A stretch of 63,063 nucleotides of DNA, filler included, from Globobulimina sp. (GCA_003354225.1; 49 parts of 49 records of this genome joined end to end with filler, not necessarily neighbours in it), one strand, 5' to 3'; shown: positions 1-11,378, counted from the whole stretch's first letter. The notes: generated by a model from the sequence alone, not told the origin. Made by a program: numbers and translations.

Positions 1-370
1 GACATTATTATGATAGGTTTACTTCGGACTTGGATATGGAGGATGAGAAGGAAGAGGAGGTGGTATTACCTCTCACCAAATCATAATAATCTGTTAAACG
101 TGTTATATATTATATATTTAGACGTTTCTAAATTAATTATATGTTTTTCTGTGTGTTTCTTTTTTTTTCTTTTTTTATTTGTATTATTTTGATTATGGCA
201 TTATTAATATTTTATTAATTGTTATCTTGTTTAACATAAAGTACATGTTCTTTTTTCTACATTATTAATATTTTTTTTCTTGTAAACAAAACTCAATCCA
301 TTTTCGTCCCCCATCAGTTTCTTTGTCAAATATACATTTTTGCTTTGTCAAATATACATTTCTTTGTCAC

Positions 371-1126
371 ATGTCGTTGTTGTTATTGCTTTGTCAAATA
401 TACATTTTATCATCACAACAAATACGAATCAAATCAGTCAATCTTACTGCGTTAAATCCATCGCAAAACGGTGTCCACGTAACGTTGCCAAACCTCAATA
501 ATGACATAGTAATTGATAATAACACCAACCAATGGGATATTACTGTTGCGTCACAACGAGCTGCTCAAAAAGGATTCCATCTCGAAATATATCTAGATGA
601 TACATGGAGTTTCCATCCGAGCAAAGTATCAATCATTTCATTCACTATATACTCAACAACATCACTAAATGTGTCTGATTTAGATCTAGATGCATTAATA
701 TCATTCAGTGTAAACAATACAAAGTATGTAACAGTATGGCCAACGCTAGATAATGCTTGGCCCAATAAAATATATCCACAATGTGATGAATCAAACCCAT
801 TGGACCACCAATTAGCAACAGGTGATATTAAAGCATTGGTTGACTTGGCTCATATCGATGAATGTAGTGATTCACGACGTGGTAATCGCGATTGTGTAGC
901 AACTGGCGGTGTGGAATTCGCAATGCGGCCAACTAATATACCCGGACATATTAATAAATGGCCAATCACCATTCTATTAGAAAATGACCCAATTAGCAAT
1001 ACATTATTTGTTGAATTAAGCAATCCGTCATGGGGTGACTTTGTACAACGCTGTGGTTATGGAGTAGACCTTATCAATATCAATCGCGATTGGCAACGAT
1101 TTATAAATCGCCGATTTAAATTATAA
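371..1126 (+). CDS. Secreted hypothetical protein (3' end probably chimeric)
   Basis: ATG at 371 gives signal-peptide-like MSLLLLLCQIYILSS followed by a long beta-rich ORF; the tail after ~1065 runs into CGATTT-rich repeats. Confidence 0.55.
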   Translation: MSLLLLLCQIYILSSQQIRIKSVNLTALNPSQNGVHVTLPNLNNDIVIDNNTNQWDITVASQRAAQKGFHLEIYLDDTWSFHPSKVSIISFTIYSTTSLNVSDLDLDALISFSVNNTKYVTVWPTLDNAWPNKIYPQCDESNPLDHQLATGDIKALVDLAHIDECSDSRRGNRDCVATGGVEFAMRPTNIPGHINKWPITILLENDPISNTLFVELSNPSWGDFVQRCGYGVDLININRDWQRFINRRFKL

Positions 1127-1190
1127 AAACGATTTGGATTAGATTTAAACTGAATTTGATATCGATTTAAAAGATGTATATCCGATTTAA

Positions 1191-1290
1191 NNNNNNNNNN
1201 NNNNNNNNNNNNNNNNNNNNNNNNNNNNNNNNNNTTAATTAATTAANNNNNNNNNNNNNNNNNNNNNNNNNNNNNNNNNNNNNNNNNNNN
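1191..1290. other. Artificial contig linker N44-TTAATTAATTAA-N44 (first of 48 identical copies, spaced every 1288-1290 bp)
   Basis: Identical 100-bp spacer recurs; the core gives stops in all six frames; contig lengths fall monotonically 1190>1189>1188 and with linkers sum to 63063. Confidence 0.99.
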
Positions 1291-1292
1291 TA

Positions 1293-1616
1293 TGGAATCA
1301 CATTGGTTGCGAGGATTTGCAGGTCTTAAAATATGAGGTTGGTCAACAATTTTATGATCACCCAGATTATGGCACAGATAGTCCAAATATGAGATACTTG
1401 ACTTTTTTGATGTATTTGAATGATGTGGAGGAAGGCGGAGAAACGGAATTTCGTAGTGTTAATTTGAAAGCGTTTCCGAAAAAAGGACATGTGTCTACGT
1501 TTTATAGTGCTTTGGAGGATGGAAATGCTGATGTTCTGTCTATTCATGCTGGAAGGCCGGTGGTTAAAGGAGAGAAATGGGCCGCACCTTTGTGGATTTG
1601 GGATCCGCATAGATAA
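1293..1616 (+). CDS. Prolyl 4-hydroxylase-like 2OG-Fe(II) oxygenase, C-terminal part
   Basis: EDLQVLKY..HPD..RYLTFLMYLNDVEEGGETEF..HAGRPVVKGEKW: HxD...H triad and 2OG-binding Lys; frame open from the contig edge. Confidence 0.92.
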   Translation, partial: WNHIGCEDLQVLKYEVGQQFYDHPDYGTDSPNMRYLTFLMYLNDVEEGGETEFRSVNLKAFPKKGHVSTFYSALEDGNADVLSIHAGRPVVKGEKWAAPLWIWDPHR

Positions 1617-1670
1617 TGTTGAAAGTTTTTGCAAAAAGTTTTTTAATTTTGAAGTAACATAATCCTCAAC

Positions 1671-2480
1671 ATGACACTTGACGTAGTTCTTGTATTCGAA
1701 CTTGTATTTGCATCGATAAGCTCAATAATCATTCCCTCGCTGTTTATTCGAGTATTAATAAAGGAAGATAGTTTCAAACAATATGGATTTAAATTGTGGA
1801 AGTTACGGAAAGACACTGTTTGCGCCATTATTACTTTAACCTGCTTCGTAATGTTTGCATTCTGGGTGACCATAGATTCCATCTATTACTTGGCCTCCAC
1901 TGTAAATAATACCTTCAATCCAAATTTTTGTATCGCAAAATGGTATGATTCGATCGCGTGGTCATTCGGTAAATATGCAGTATATTTATTTTATATTGCT
2001 CGGCTGCATACTGTTTTTGATGGGACAGTATTTGCGATACCCACCAATCGGTTAAAACTAATGGCGGTTATTGTGTGCATACCAAATTTTCTTTATTCAA
2101 TGTTAGTTTGCAAGTATATATACAGTACATACTGTAGTTAAAATACATGTTTTTGCACATATGTTTTCGCATATTTTTCACATATTTTTTTAACATGTAC
2201 AGAATGGCCGTATTTGCATTAGCAACTCCAGCAAAATTAATATTACATTCAAATACAGATTTTGGTATAAACAGCGCAGCAGAATGCAGTATTTTTTTCC
2301 AAGAGCATAGCAGTGCGGTAATTAGACGTTACTTATCCATTGGAATTATGGTATCTGTATTGAACCAAATTATTTTTTGTGTCATTATTTTGCGCCTATT
2401 TTTAAAAAGAATGATTTATTTATCATTGACATTAAAAATCGAATCCAAGACGGCTTTCCTGAATAAGGAACTCTCGAATT
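1671..2480 (+). CDS. Orphan 7TM/GPCR-like membrane protein, 2 exons (intron 2102-2202), 3' truncated
   Basis: Five hydrophobic helices and YIARL motif after TM3; removing GTTAGT...TACAG (101 nt) fuses the two listed ORFs in frame. Confidence 0.7.
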
Positions 2481-2689
2481 NNNNNNNNNNNNNNNNNNNN
2501 NNNNNNNNNNNNNNNNNNNNNNNNTTAATTAATTAANNNNNNNNNNNNNNNNNNNNNNNNNNNNNNNNNNNNNNNNNNNNTCAGGAATTTGGAAAGAGGA
2601 AAAATAATAATATATAAATGTGTACAAAAACAAAAACAAGAATAAGATAATACAAAAGAAATGCAGATAAGGCCAAAACAGAGCGAGTG

Positions 2690-3740
2690 ATCAGATTCGA
2701 TTGTCGAAAAGCAAAAATGCGATAAAACTTCAGAGGATCTTTATTAGTGTGTCGGCGGCAGTTCGATTGATCTAAGCCAGTAAAATGCAAAATATCACGA
2801 GTATAATTGTTGGCTAATAAGGTGGCGAGTTATTTTGAACCAAAAAGCCATTCGAATCATAAAATTGCTTTGAGTCCAAATCATTGAAACTCTTTAATAT
2901 ATTTCGAATATGTTAACCATTGCGGCCACGCAATGTTCTGTTGTTATTAACGCCGGCTCCACATTTACCGATATAAAATTCCAGACATCGGCTACAATAA
3001 ATAATATAAATTAAATTCTTTGAAAAGCAGGAGAGTTTCTGAGTGATTTTGAATAATTCGTTGGTGTTTTTACATTTCCAACGGCGGCGTTCCTGATAAC
3101 AGTCGGAGTGATTGCAGCGGCAATTTTTGTTAACGTTAACGACAATGCCTTTGCTTTTCAGTATTGAGCATGGTCATAACCGCGTGCAATCAAATAACAT
3201 TTGTATTGTGCCGTTGAATGTTGCGCCAGGATGACAAGAATGAGCGTCTAAATAAGCGTGCAGATCAGTAAGTTTTGGTGAAACACTAGATAGGAACTTC
3301 TGGAGTTCAAAATTATAAATGACCATCACTTCTAATAATGTCGGTCGTAAACTGGATATTTGTTACATCTTTCTCGTGGGCGCCAAGGCCAAATTTATAT
3401 TCGTCAAAGATGTCATTGATCGGTGTGTCATGCAGCGGGTTAAAGTCAAATAAATGGTTCATACCATCCCGCAATAAATATACATCAAACATGTTACCAT
3501 CGGCGACTAATAAGTAATCGTCGCGGTATCGTCCTGAATAAAATATAGTCAAATCACAGACTTGGCGGAATACTCCAAATCTTTGACTAAATAATAAATA
3601 TAACACAGCATCAACAGGCTTAACTTGTGTAAGATAGATGGATACATTCCGACTACAGGGTTAACTCCTATAAGACGCAGAATCATATATTCAGATATGA
3701 TTTATGAAATAAAGGGGATCTCGTCCGAGATAATGAATTA
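2690..3740 (-). mobile_element. Decayed Penelope-like retroelement (RT C-terminus + GIY-YIG endonuclease)
   Basis: Minus strand order: RYRDD (RT motif), SSVSPKLTDLHAYLDAHSCHP (PLE thumb motif), Cys-rich linker CRCNHSDC, FKITQKLSCFSKNLIYIIYCSRCLEFYIG...RTLRGRNG*HIRNI (PLE GIY-YIG with CxxC, catalytic R and H); several stops and frameshifts. Confidence 0.85.
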
Positions 3741-3871
3741 TGTATGACTATGAAAAATAATTAAAAATCANNNNNNNNNNNNNNNNNNNNNNNNNNNNNN
3801 NNNNNNNNNNNNNNTTAATTAATTAANNNNNNNNNNNNNNNNNNNNNNNNNNNNNNNNNNNNNNNNNNNNA

Positions 3872-4483
3872 ATAAACCCAGATTTTTATAACTTACATCG
3901 TATATTATTTCATGGCTCCCAACAAGAAAAAGACAATTTGTATAATAACTTATCTGTACTAATAAACTTAGGAATTGATGGTTTTGATTCAGATTGTGAA
4001 GAATGGGGCTTTTTTGATGATTTAACTGCTCAAAATCTGGAGGAAACGCATGTTGAATTATTTACGACATTATATGCGCAATATAATCATTTAATATTTA
4101 CGTTTGTTCCACACAATCATAGATCAAATTGGATATCGATTGGTAAGGAATTATGTAGAGTTAATGGAGTGCAAATTGTGAAGTTTTGGTGTGTACAAAT
4201 GTATGGCGGTGCTGGCGCAGTGGCGGAATGGATTGATGCAATACAAGAAAATGCAGAGGAGTTAGGATTGAGTGAAGTGGAAGTCGATACTTATATTATT
4301 CCTGGTTATGATAATTCCGATTATTTGAATGTGCCGTTGTCAATAAGACAGATATTTGCTCGGTTAAAAGATGATGGATTGGCAATTAATGGTGGTATGA
4401 TATGGAATTTGTCACAAACTTATGAACGGGACGAGACCTTAGAAGCGTACAGTGAAGCCATTATTGAAGGCTTAAATAATTAG
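3872..4483 (+). CDS. Glycoside hydrolase family 18 (chitinase-like), C-terminal part
   Basis: GIDGFDSDCE fits DxxDxDxE; VQMYGG and GGMIWNL match GH18 barrel strands; frame open from the contig edge. Confidence 0.75.
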   Translation: MNPDFYNLHRILFHGSQQEKDNLYNNLSVLINLGIDGFDSDCEEWGFFDDLTAQNLEETHVELFTTLYAQYNHLIFTFVPHNHRSNWISIGKELCRVNGVQIVKFWCVQMYGGAGAVAEWIDAIQENAEELGLSEVEVDTYIIPGYDNSDYLNVPLSIRQIFARLKDDGLAINGGMIWNLSQTYERDETLEAYSEAIIEGLNN

Positions 4484-4988
4484 TCACTGTAGTAATTATA
4501 CAAATGGAGGATGAGGACCTTTCGTCAACACTGTTCTAAATAATGTTTCTACCACTAGTTTCGTTACCGGTTTGACAAACCTGAAAACATTACGCAGAGT
4601 ACATTAACCTGACCATGTATATAAAATGTTAACCAACTGAAACTTTAACAATTATTATAATAAGCAGACACACGAACACAATTTGTGACCGTTTACATCG
4701 ATCACATACAGATAATATTTGGGTTTTTTGTATAAAATTATTATAATATATATAAATGCTTATTACACAACACGTTGCATCACGTAGTATTTTGCTCAAC
4801 GTTTGAGACATTGACAAACATAAATGTGTGCATAATCGGTTTGTAAAAAGGGAGCAACATACATTATAATAATGGTAAAATATTTTACTGTCATTATATA
4901 TGATTAATATTTATAATAAAATTAATTACCAATAAAACATTATTTATTTCTTCAATTTTGCTTTTTTTTTCTTTCGTTTTTTTTTTTT

Positions 4989-5060
4989 GAGTTGTTTATA
5001 AACCCAATCCAGTACTTGATATAAGCCATCCACATTTATAGCAGAGTTTGGCTGAACTCT
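4989..5060 (-). CDS. ARF/ARL small GTPase C-terminal fragment
   Basis: RVQPNSAINVDGLYQVLDWVYKQL resembles the ARF terminal motif (SA..G.GLYEGLDWL); very short. Confidence 0.5.
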
Positions 5061-5160
5061 NNNNNNNNNNNNNNNNNNNNNNNNNNNNNNNNNNNNNNNN
5101 NNNNTTAATTAATTAANNNNNNNNNNNNNNNNNNNNNNNNNNNNNNNNNNNNNNNNNNNN

Positions 5161-5871
5161 ATTTTAGAGTTAACTTGTATACACCATTTTTGTGTTGTTT
5201 CCAACTGCTTTTGACTTGTACTCTTTGTCCGTCAACAATCAGATCGTGTCTTGATCGGTACTCTCTTGATCTTGCATACGTTGCATTATATTGCATATTC
5301 AGGCACCAATTTAACACAAACTCTTCAGCCAATCTACCTTGCATTAGTTTAACATCTTTGTCTTCCCCATTTCTCACATTTAATGAACTGAGAGGAAGGT
5401 GAGATTCCGGATGTTCCTGATACACTTTCAATAGAGTACACTCCAAATGTTGTATTCTTCCATTATGAAATGAGGAATTCTTCGAACTGACAGAGGCAGC
5501 CTTAGTATTCTTATCATAAGACCATGAATACCAAATTTGCACAATATCTGTGATTGCAAAGAACAACATCAATGTATTATGATATCCTGATAGTCCACCC
5601 CATGAATAATGATTGTAAGGATTGCCTGGTCGTATCTTTATCTTACTTGTGCATTTAATTTGAATTGGCAGCCATGCATCAATATTCGGGTTGAGGGAAA
5701 TAGCATAATCTGCTGACGCACCATCAATCATTCTCGTTCCATAAACGTAAATCAAGTTTCTTTCAATCTATTCAATTGCATGATCCTCTAATAACATTTT
5801 CCAATTGTGTGATTCAGCATTGGTACACACCAACCGATAACCAATTGATACCCGCAAACTGCATTGTGTTC
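5161..5871 (-). pseudogene. Tandem PD-(D/E)xK-fold (D...QxK) endonuclease-like gene with one in-frame TAG (5768-5770), 3' truncated
   Basis: Domain 1 LEDHAIE*IE...ADYAI...WLPIQIKCTS; domain 2 GRLAEEFV...RHDLIVDGQRVQVKSS. Confidence 0.7.
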
Positions 5872-5938
5872 TCAACGCAAGCATAAAACAACTCTTTTTA
5901 ACTTCAAGTTTTTTTTAACATTTAAATTTTAGTACAGC

Positions 5939-6350
5939 ATGTCACAGTCTGTTAGTACCTCAATCTTACATCCAGCCGTGTTAACTCCTGCAGAAACCAT
6001 TAATTTAGCTGGTAGTACATCACCTGCAGAACCAGCGTACGTAAAACACATTCTACTCATTTTATTAACAATTCATATTTATAACATACAAAAAGACTTA
6101 AAAAACGTAAATTAAATGAAAATGGATCTATACCAATTGCAACATCCACATTTGATTCAACAGACACATCAAATAATTCAAGTGACACCAGTTCAGAAAA
6201 CACACATTCAAAAAAACGCAAAATAATGGATATTGATTCAAAAGATGACGATGACAATATCGACCATAATAAAAACAGGAAACAAAAAGATGTATTTTCC
6301 ATGTATTGCATCAAAAAAATGCTCAAAGCCGATCAAACCCTCAATGATTT
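5939..6350 (+). CDS. Hypothetical nuclear protein, N-terminus (intron 6037-6095)
   Basis: Removing the 59-nt GTACGT...AAAAG intron keeps the frame; exon 2 has KKRK NLS-like motifs twice and an acidic tract. Confidence 0.55.
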
Positions 6351-6450
6351 NNNNNNNNNNNNNNNNNNNNNNNNNNNNNNNNNNNNNNNNNNNNTTAATT
6401 AATTAANNNNNNNNNNNNNNNNNNNNNNNNNNNNNNNNNNNNNNNNNNNN

Positions 6451-7307
6451 AATAGCCACCTATCCACCAGATGCTCCATTGTAACACAATCCCACTGCTC
6501 TCAAAATACATATTGCTGACACTCCTTTAATTATATTCAAAGCACCAAAATATTGAATAAAACATCAAATGTCAAACAATACCTTAGCATTACTGGAAAG
6601 CCACTGGTTTTAATCAGTTTAAATATTGAAATCGGCGAAGCTCTGTTTGGTTTGGGTAAGATACAAAATGATAACAAGGCTATGGACGTAGAAATCCATG
6701 ACAAATAAAATAATGCGGTGTAGTTGTTTGCGAAATTAGTATACGAGACCAGTAATTGTGCAAATATCGAACTTAAAAAAGTGCCCAATAACATTGCAGA
6801 TTGAACATAGGATGTTACTGTTTGATACTGCGATGCTTGGATAACTACCATGTAAATGTATGCATAATAGACCCAATTCACTGATATCGCCATTGCATAA
6901 ACAAATTGCATTAAACACATTTGCCATAATTGCGTGCCATATAATAACAATAAGCGTGTGCTTTCTCTGCATATTAATCCGAAAAAGATGACTTTTCTAA
7001 ATCCAAAATGTTCTGCACAGAGACCAACCGGTAATAAAGAGAGTAATGAGCCATAGGTATCAAATGGCCAGATGTAATTATCAATTTGTGAATCAGTGAA
7101 ACCTTTTGTGTCTTGTAAATAAGATGATAAATAAGATTCGGAGGGCTGGAAATTTACAAAAAAGCCTAACGCGCATAATTTTAGTAATAATGTATAGGAT
7201 ATTGCATGTTGTTCAGCATTTACTAGCTCATTATTTATTGACGCAGCATTTGGCAGTAATTCTTGGTCAATTTTCTTTTGATCATTATTCAGTTCCTTCT
7301 GAAGCAT
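6451..7307 (-). CDS. SLC19-family reduced folate/thiamine carrier (intron 6525-6582), 3' truncated
   Basis: GFFVNFQPSESYLSSYL..KGFT..QI...IWPFDTY and YYAYIY motifs; the spliced exon supplies WSIWW. Confidence 0.88.
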
Positions 7308-7783
7308 TGCGTATATGCAAAAGCAGTAAAAGTGTTTTTCGGGTTGACTATGTTTACAACAAGAAAAACATGCCGTTGTTGTATTACTTTACTGTTTATT
7401 CATACGATTATAGTCACTCTATATCTATATTCTCCGACTTCATTGAATCAGCAAGAAAGAAATAGGCGATACAGTCAGTGCTACTCCGGTTGCAATTGGA
7501 TTGACAGGATTGGTCAGCATTGGCTCTGTGCATTCTGCTTCATCAACCACTCAATCATTGCTCTGTCAATATACATGATTTTGGAGTGTTGAATGGATCA
7601 ATAGAATTTTGTAGTATGTAAAAAATGGATCAATAGAAATNNNNNNNNNNNNNNNNNNNNNNNNNNNNNNNNNNNNNNNNNNNNTTAATTAATTAANNNN
7701 NNNNNNNNNNNNNNNNNNNNNNNNNNNNNNNNNNNNNNNNAATTAAAACAACAGGTTCATAATTTAAATGCAAAAAGGGCACC

Positions 7784-8480
7784 TTAAGCCGTATGATATC
7801 CTATTTGATGATCTCTAATTATTCTAAATCTGCTTTCATGTCCACATGAATCTACACTGCGTTCTAAAACATTTACTGTGTCCCACTGAGCAATTAACCA
7901 ATAATTAAAAACCCCCCTTTTAAATTCTTCATCAATTCTTGCTGATTTAAATCTAAATTCTTTTTTTTCTGTATTGTATTCAACTTTCAATCGAGTCCAC
8001 GACAGCAAACCTCCCCTAACATCAACCCCATAATTTGGATTATTATACAAAAATCTGATATGTAAACCGCTTTCTACATTTTGTAACCTTAATTCACTAT
8101 TTGTAATTATAACCCTCCACTTTGCACATCTATTCCTGTCTGCATACAATTGCCAGGAGCTATCATCCCTGGAACGTATTCCGATGTATTTCTCTTCTGC
8201 GACAGATTGCAAATAAATAATTTCATCCTTGATAAGTCGGTCAATACCATCCACCCAATTGCAAGTATTAACAATTCGCCTACTACACAAATGACACAAT
8301 AACATTCGAATTCCTGCGCCTAAACCAGCACCACAATAGAATCCAGAAACTGCACCAGAGCCCGCAATGGCAACTACTGTAATAGTGCCTGCAATATACA
8401 CTCTCGCACAAGTCCATGGAAACGGTGCGGATAAAATTATCACCAGATGCAATATCCATGAATGCCATATTTGATTCCAT
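7784..8480 (-). CDS. Hypothetical protein: Gly-zipper hydrophobic segment + beta-trefoil (fascin-like) domain; possible 5' frameshift
   Basis: AIAGSGAVSGFYCGAGLGAG followed by three pseudo-repeats (IYLQSV..KYI / LRLQNV..LHI / FRFKSA..WL) ending W/F-R-V/I. Confidence 0.45.
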
Positions 8481-9032
8481 TATCTATATATTTAAGTGTT
8501 TTATTAAAATATTATTTCAAAAAATTACATTTTAATAGACAGGTTGTTAACTTATGTCCATTATAATTATACCCAATTCCGCAAACGTTTTCCTTTGATT
8601 TCTGTTTTTCTCCGCTATAATCGAGTCTTACCTATGTAGTCAGAAAAAAATATCTAAAGACGCGATCAAGAAAAAAATTGAACCACGTCTATAATAGATA
8701 TTTATGTCACATATTTTGAATTTTTAAATTCATTATCTCCATTCAAACATACTTTAAAGGTCTTCTCCAATACCATGAAATATTTTCAGTCCAAAATCAT
8801 AGTCCCGATTATTCTGCATTGATCCATATCAATTCCATGCCTTTAAACCTAATAACGGTCGAATTGTTACTTGATTTGTAAGTTCTTGAGTTTTGTACTT
8901 CAAATCATCAACGCTTTAGCATGTTCATAANNNNNNNNNNNNNNNNNNNNNNNNNNNNNNNNNNNNNNNNNNNNTTAATTAATTAANNNNNNNNNNNNNN
9001 NNNNNNNNNNNNNNNNNNNNNNNNNNNNNNCT

Positions 9033-10037
9033 GCTGGTCTAACTTTATTTGCATCACGCAGTGCATCGGCAGTCCAATCGTATGTAACAACGTTTATATT
9101 TGATACTGTCAATAAAGATCGTAACGAGGAGAAATATATAATTAATGGAGTTGTTGCTGCATTATCGGTTGGTTGGACATTAGTAATGTTGTCATTGATT
9201 TTGTTTCTATTATTTCTTGTTTATCGGAGATATAAATACTCAAACAATGACATATTACCACATATTGTTAAGCAAATGATGAAAAGTAATAAAACTGAAA
9301 ATGAACCGTTAATAGTAACTGAATTCGAACCAAGCTCTAAATTTAATTTGCCTGGTTTATGGAAGGGCGCATTTGACGCAAGATTTTGGATATTAACCTT
9401 AACATTAATGTGCTTTTATGCCTCTTATTTATCATTTACAAATATTGGTTCATCATTCCTTCAGCAACGATATGATATGTCATATGAAAGAGGTAATGAA
9501 TTGCTACCAATTCCTTTGTTTATTTCAGCGTTTGCTATTCCAATTTGTGGCTTTATTACCGATAAATATGGGAAACGATGCCAACTGTTAACTTTATCTG
9601 CTTTGTTATTGATGACAGCACATTTGATATTAGGCTTTGCACCGAGTGATATAACTGATTCTGTGCCAATTATTGGATTGGTCTGTTTTGGCTTTGGAAT
9701 GTCAATCGGTTCAGCAATCTTATGGCCTGCAGTTGGATTGATTTGCACAAAGCAATATTTAGCCACAGCATTAGGATTTATGGGGTGCTTAGATAACGGG
9801 TTTCAGGGCACAAGTTTTCTAATTGTTGGTGTATTAACAAGAGATGATGATGATACTACCTACAAATACCAATATGTATCATATTGGATCACATTCTTAG
9901 CTGTTGTAATGTTGATATGTGTATTATTATTGTGGTATTTTGACAAAAACAGATTCAATAATGTTTTGAATAAAAGAGAAGCTAAATTTAATAAAAAGGA
10001 TGAGGTTTATAATATTGAATTATCAGATAAAGGGTAA
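9033..10037 (+). CDS. MFS transporter (MFSD1-like), 5' truncated
   Basis: Multiple TM helices, motif A GFITDKYGKR, ILWPAV and TALG motifs; frame open from the contig edge. Confidence 0.88.
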   Translation, partial: AGLTLFASRSASAVQSYVTTFIFDTVNKDRNEEKYIINGVVAALSVGWTLVMLSLILFLLFLVYRRYKYSNNDILPHIVKQMMKSNKTENEPLIVTEFEPSSKFNLPGLWKGAFDARFWILTLTLMCFYASYLSFTNIGSSFLQQRYDMSYERGNELLPIPLFISAFAIPICGFITDKYGKRCQLLTLSALLLMTAHLILGFAPSDITDSVPIIGLVCFGFGMSIGSAILWPAVGLICTKQYLATALGFMGCLDNGFQGTSFLIVGVLTRDDDDTTYKYQYVSYWITFLAVVMLICVLLLWYFDKNRFNNVLNKREAKFNKKDEVYNIELSDKG

Positions 10038-11378
10038 ATTATAATCACTTTAATTTGTCTCTTTGACATCGGAATAATTATATATAACTCCAAATGGACC
10101 CTTCAAAATATACATTCTATGAATTAGAATATGTTTTTTACAAACATGGAAACCACATTCCATAATGTACTCTTTTTCCTATTTATTGTATGATTCAACT
10201 AAAAGTTTTCGACTCTCAATNNNNNNNNNNNNNNNNNNNNNNNNNNNNNNNNNNNNNNNNNNNNTTAATTAATTAANNNNNNNNNNNNNNNNNNNNNNNN
10301 NNNNNNNNNNNNNNNNNNNNTGAGCCATTTTGCCTCATTATTGCTTAAGGATTTTGACCACTCTGTGATTTCTAATAACCCAATATGTACCCCCCAAGTC
10401 GACCATGGGAAACACGAATCCGGTGTCCGTTTCGGCCTCCGGCCCTTGGTTTGGTCAGGGTGAGCAGTTCTTTGTGTGCAGGTCTCATAAATTTGCATAT
10501 AACTACACACATGAGTGAGGTTTGCAAAAATTGTCACAGTTTCTCATCAGAGCAAGCTAGAAAGCTGGAAAGGGTCTTATTTTAAACAGATTGATCTAAC
10601 CAATCATAAAAGTATCAAATATCGGCAATCCGACTACTAATGAAGCATTTGTAGCATGAGAATGTCGTCATGTTCAAAATTTTGAGTCAAACATGGTTCA
10701 TATATTGACCTATTTGGGCAATTGGGTCATCATTCCGGGCCGATTTTCTTCTGCAAATCGATAGTCCTCACATTTCTGAACATAACTAACATTTTTTTGA
10801 AAAAATTCATATGGGACCATGGGGGGTGTTTTGACCGCCGAAGAAAATTTTCGGGGTGGGTAAAAAAAAATTTTTCGAATTTATTCATGAAAATTAAGTA
10901 TTTTGTACAGTTTTTTATGCTGATTTCAAAAAGCTACACCTTTTTTCCATTGGTCGAATGGCTGATGTGCTACGGTCAATCAAAATCAAGTAGTTTGGTG
11001 ACATCGTGAAAAATAAAATCTTCAGTTTTTACTTTGAAAATTTATAACAATGGTATTCGGGGGCAGTTTTTTGTGTTGATTTCGAATTTGATATCTATTT
11101 CTTATAGAAATGGTATATAATACACGTTTTCGGCCAACTAATTTTTTTTACCAAAAATTTTTTTTGGAAATTTTTCTTCAAAACTACCACCAAGTGGGTG
11201 GTTTTTGATCCTATTACATAAAGCACATCGCCAGTTAACGGCTTGAAAACTCTGTTATTTCTAATTAATGTTAAATGAAATGGAATGTGGTTTAAATTTT
11301 ACCACAAGATTAATTTTGATATACCTATTAAAAAATTTGAAACATATCTGAATAGCTATGTTGGAGATGGTCATGATG

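Noticed and set aside
1235..1246. TTAATTAATTAA as a biological repeat, regulatory site or CRISPR repeat
   Set aside because: Always centred in N44 flanks at contig joins; a synthetic six-frame stop linker
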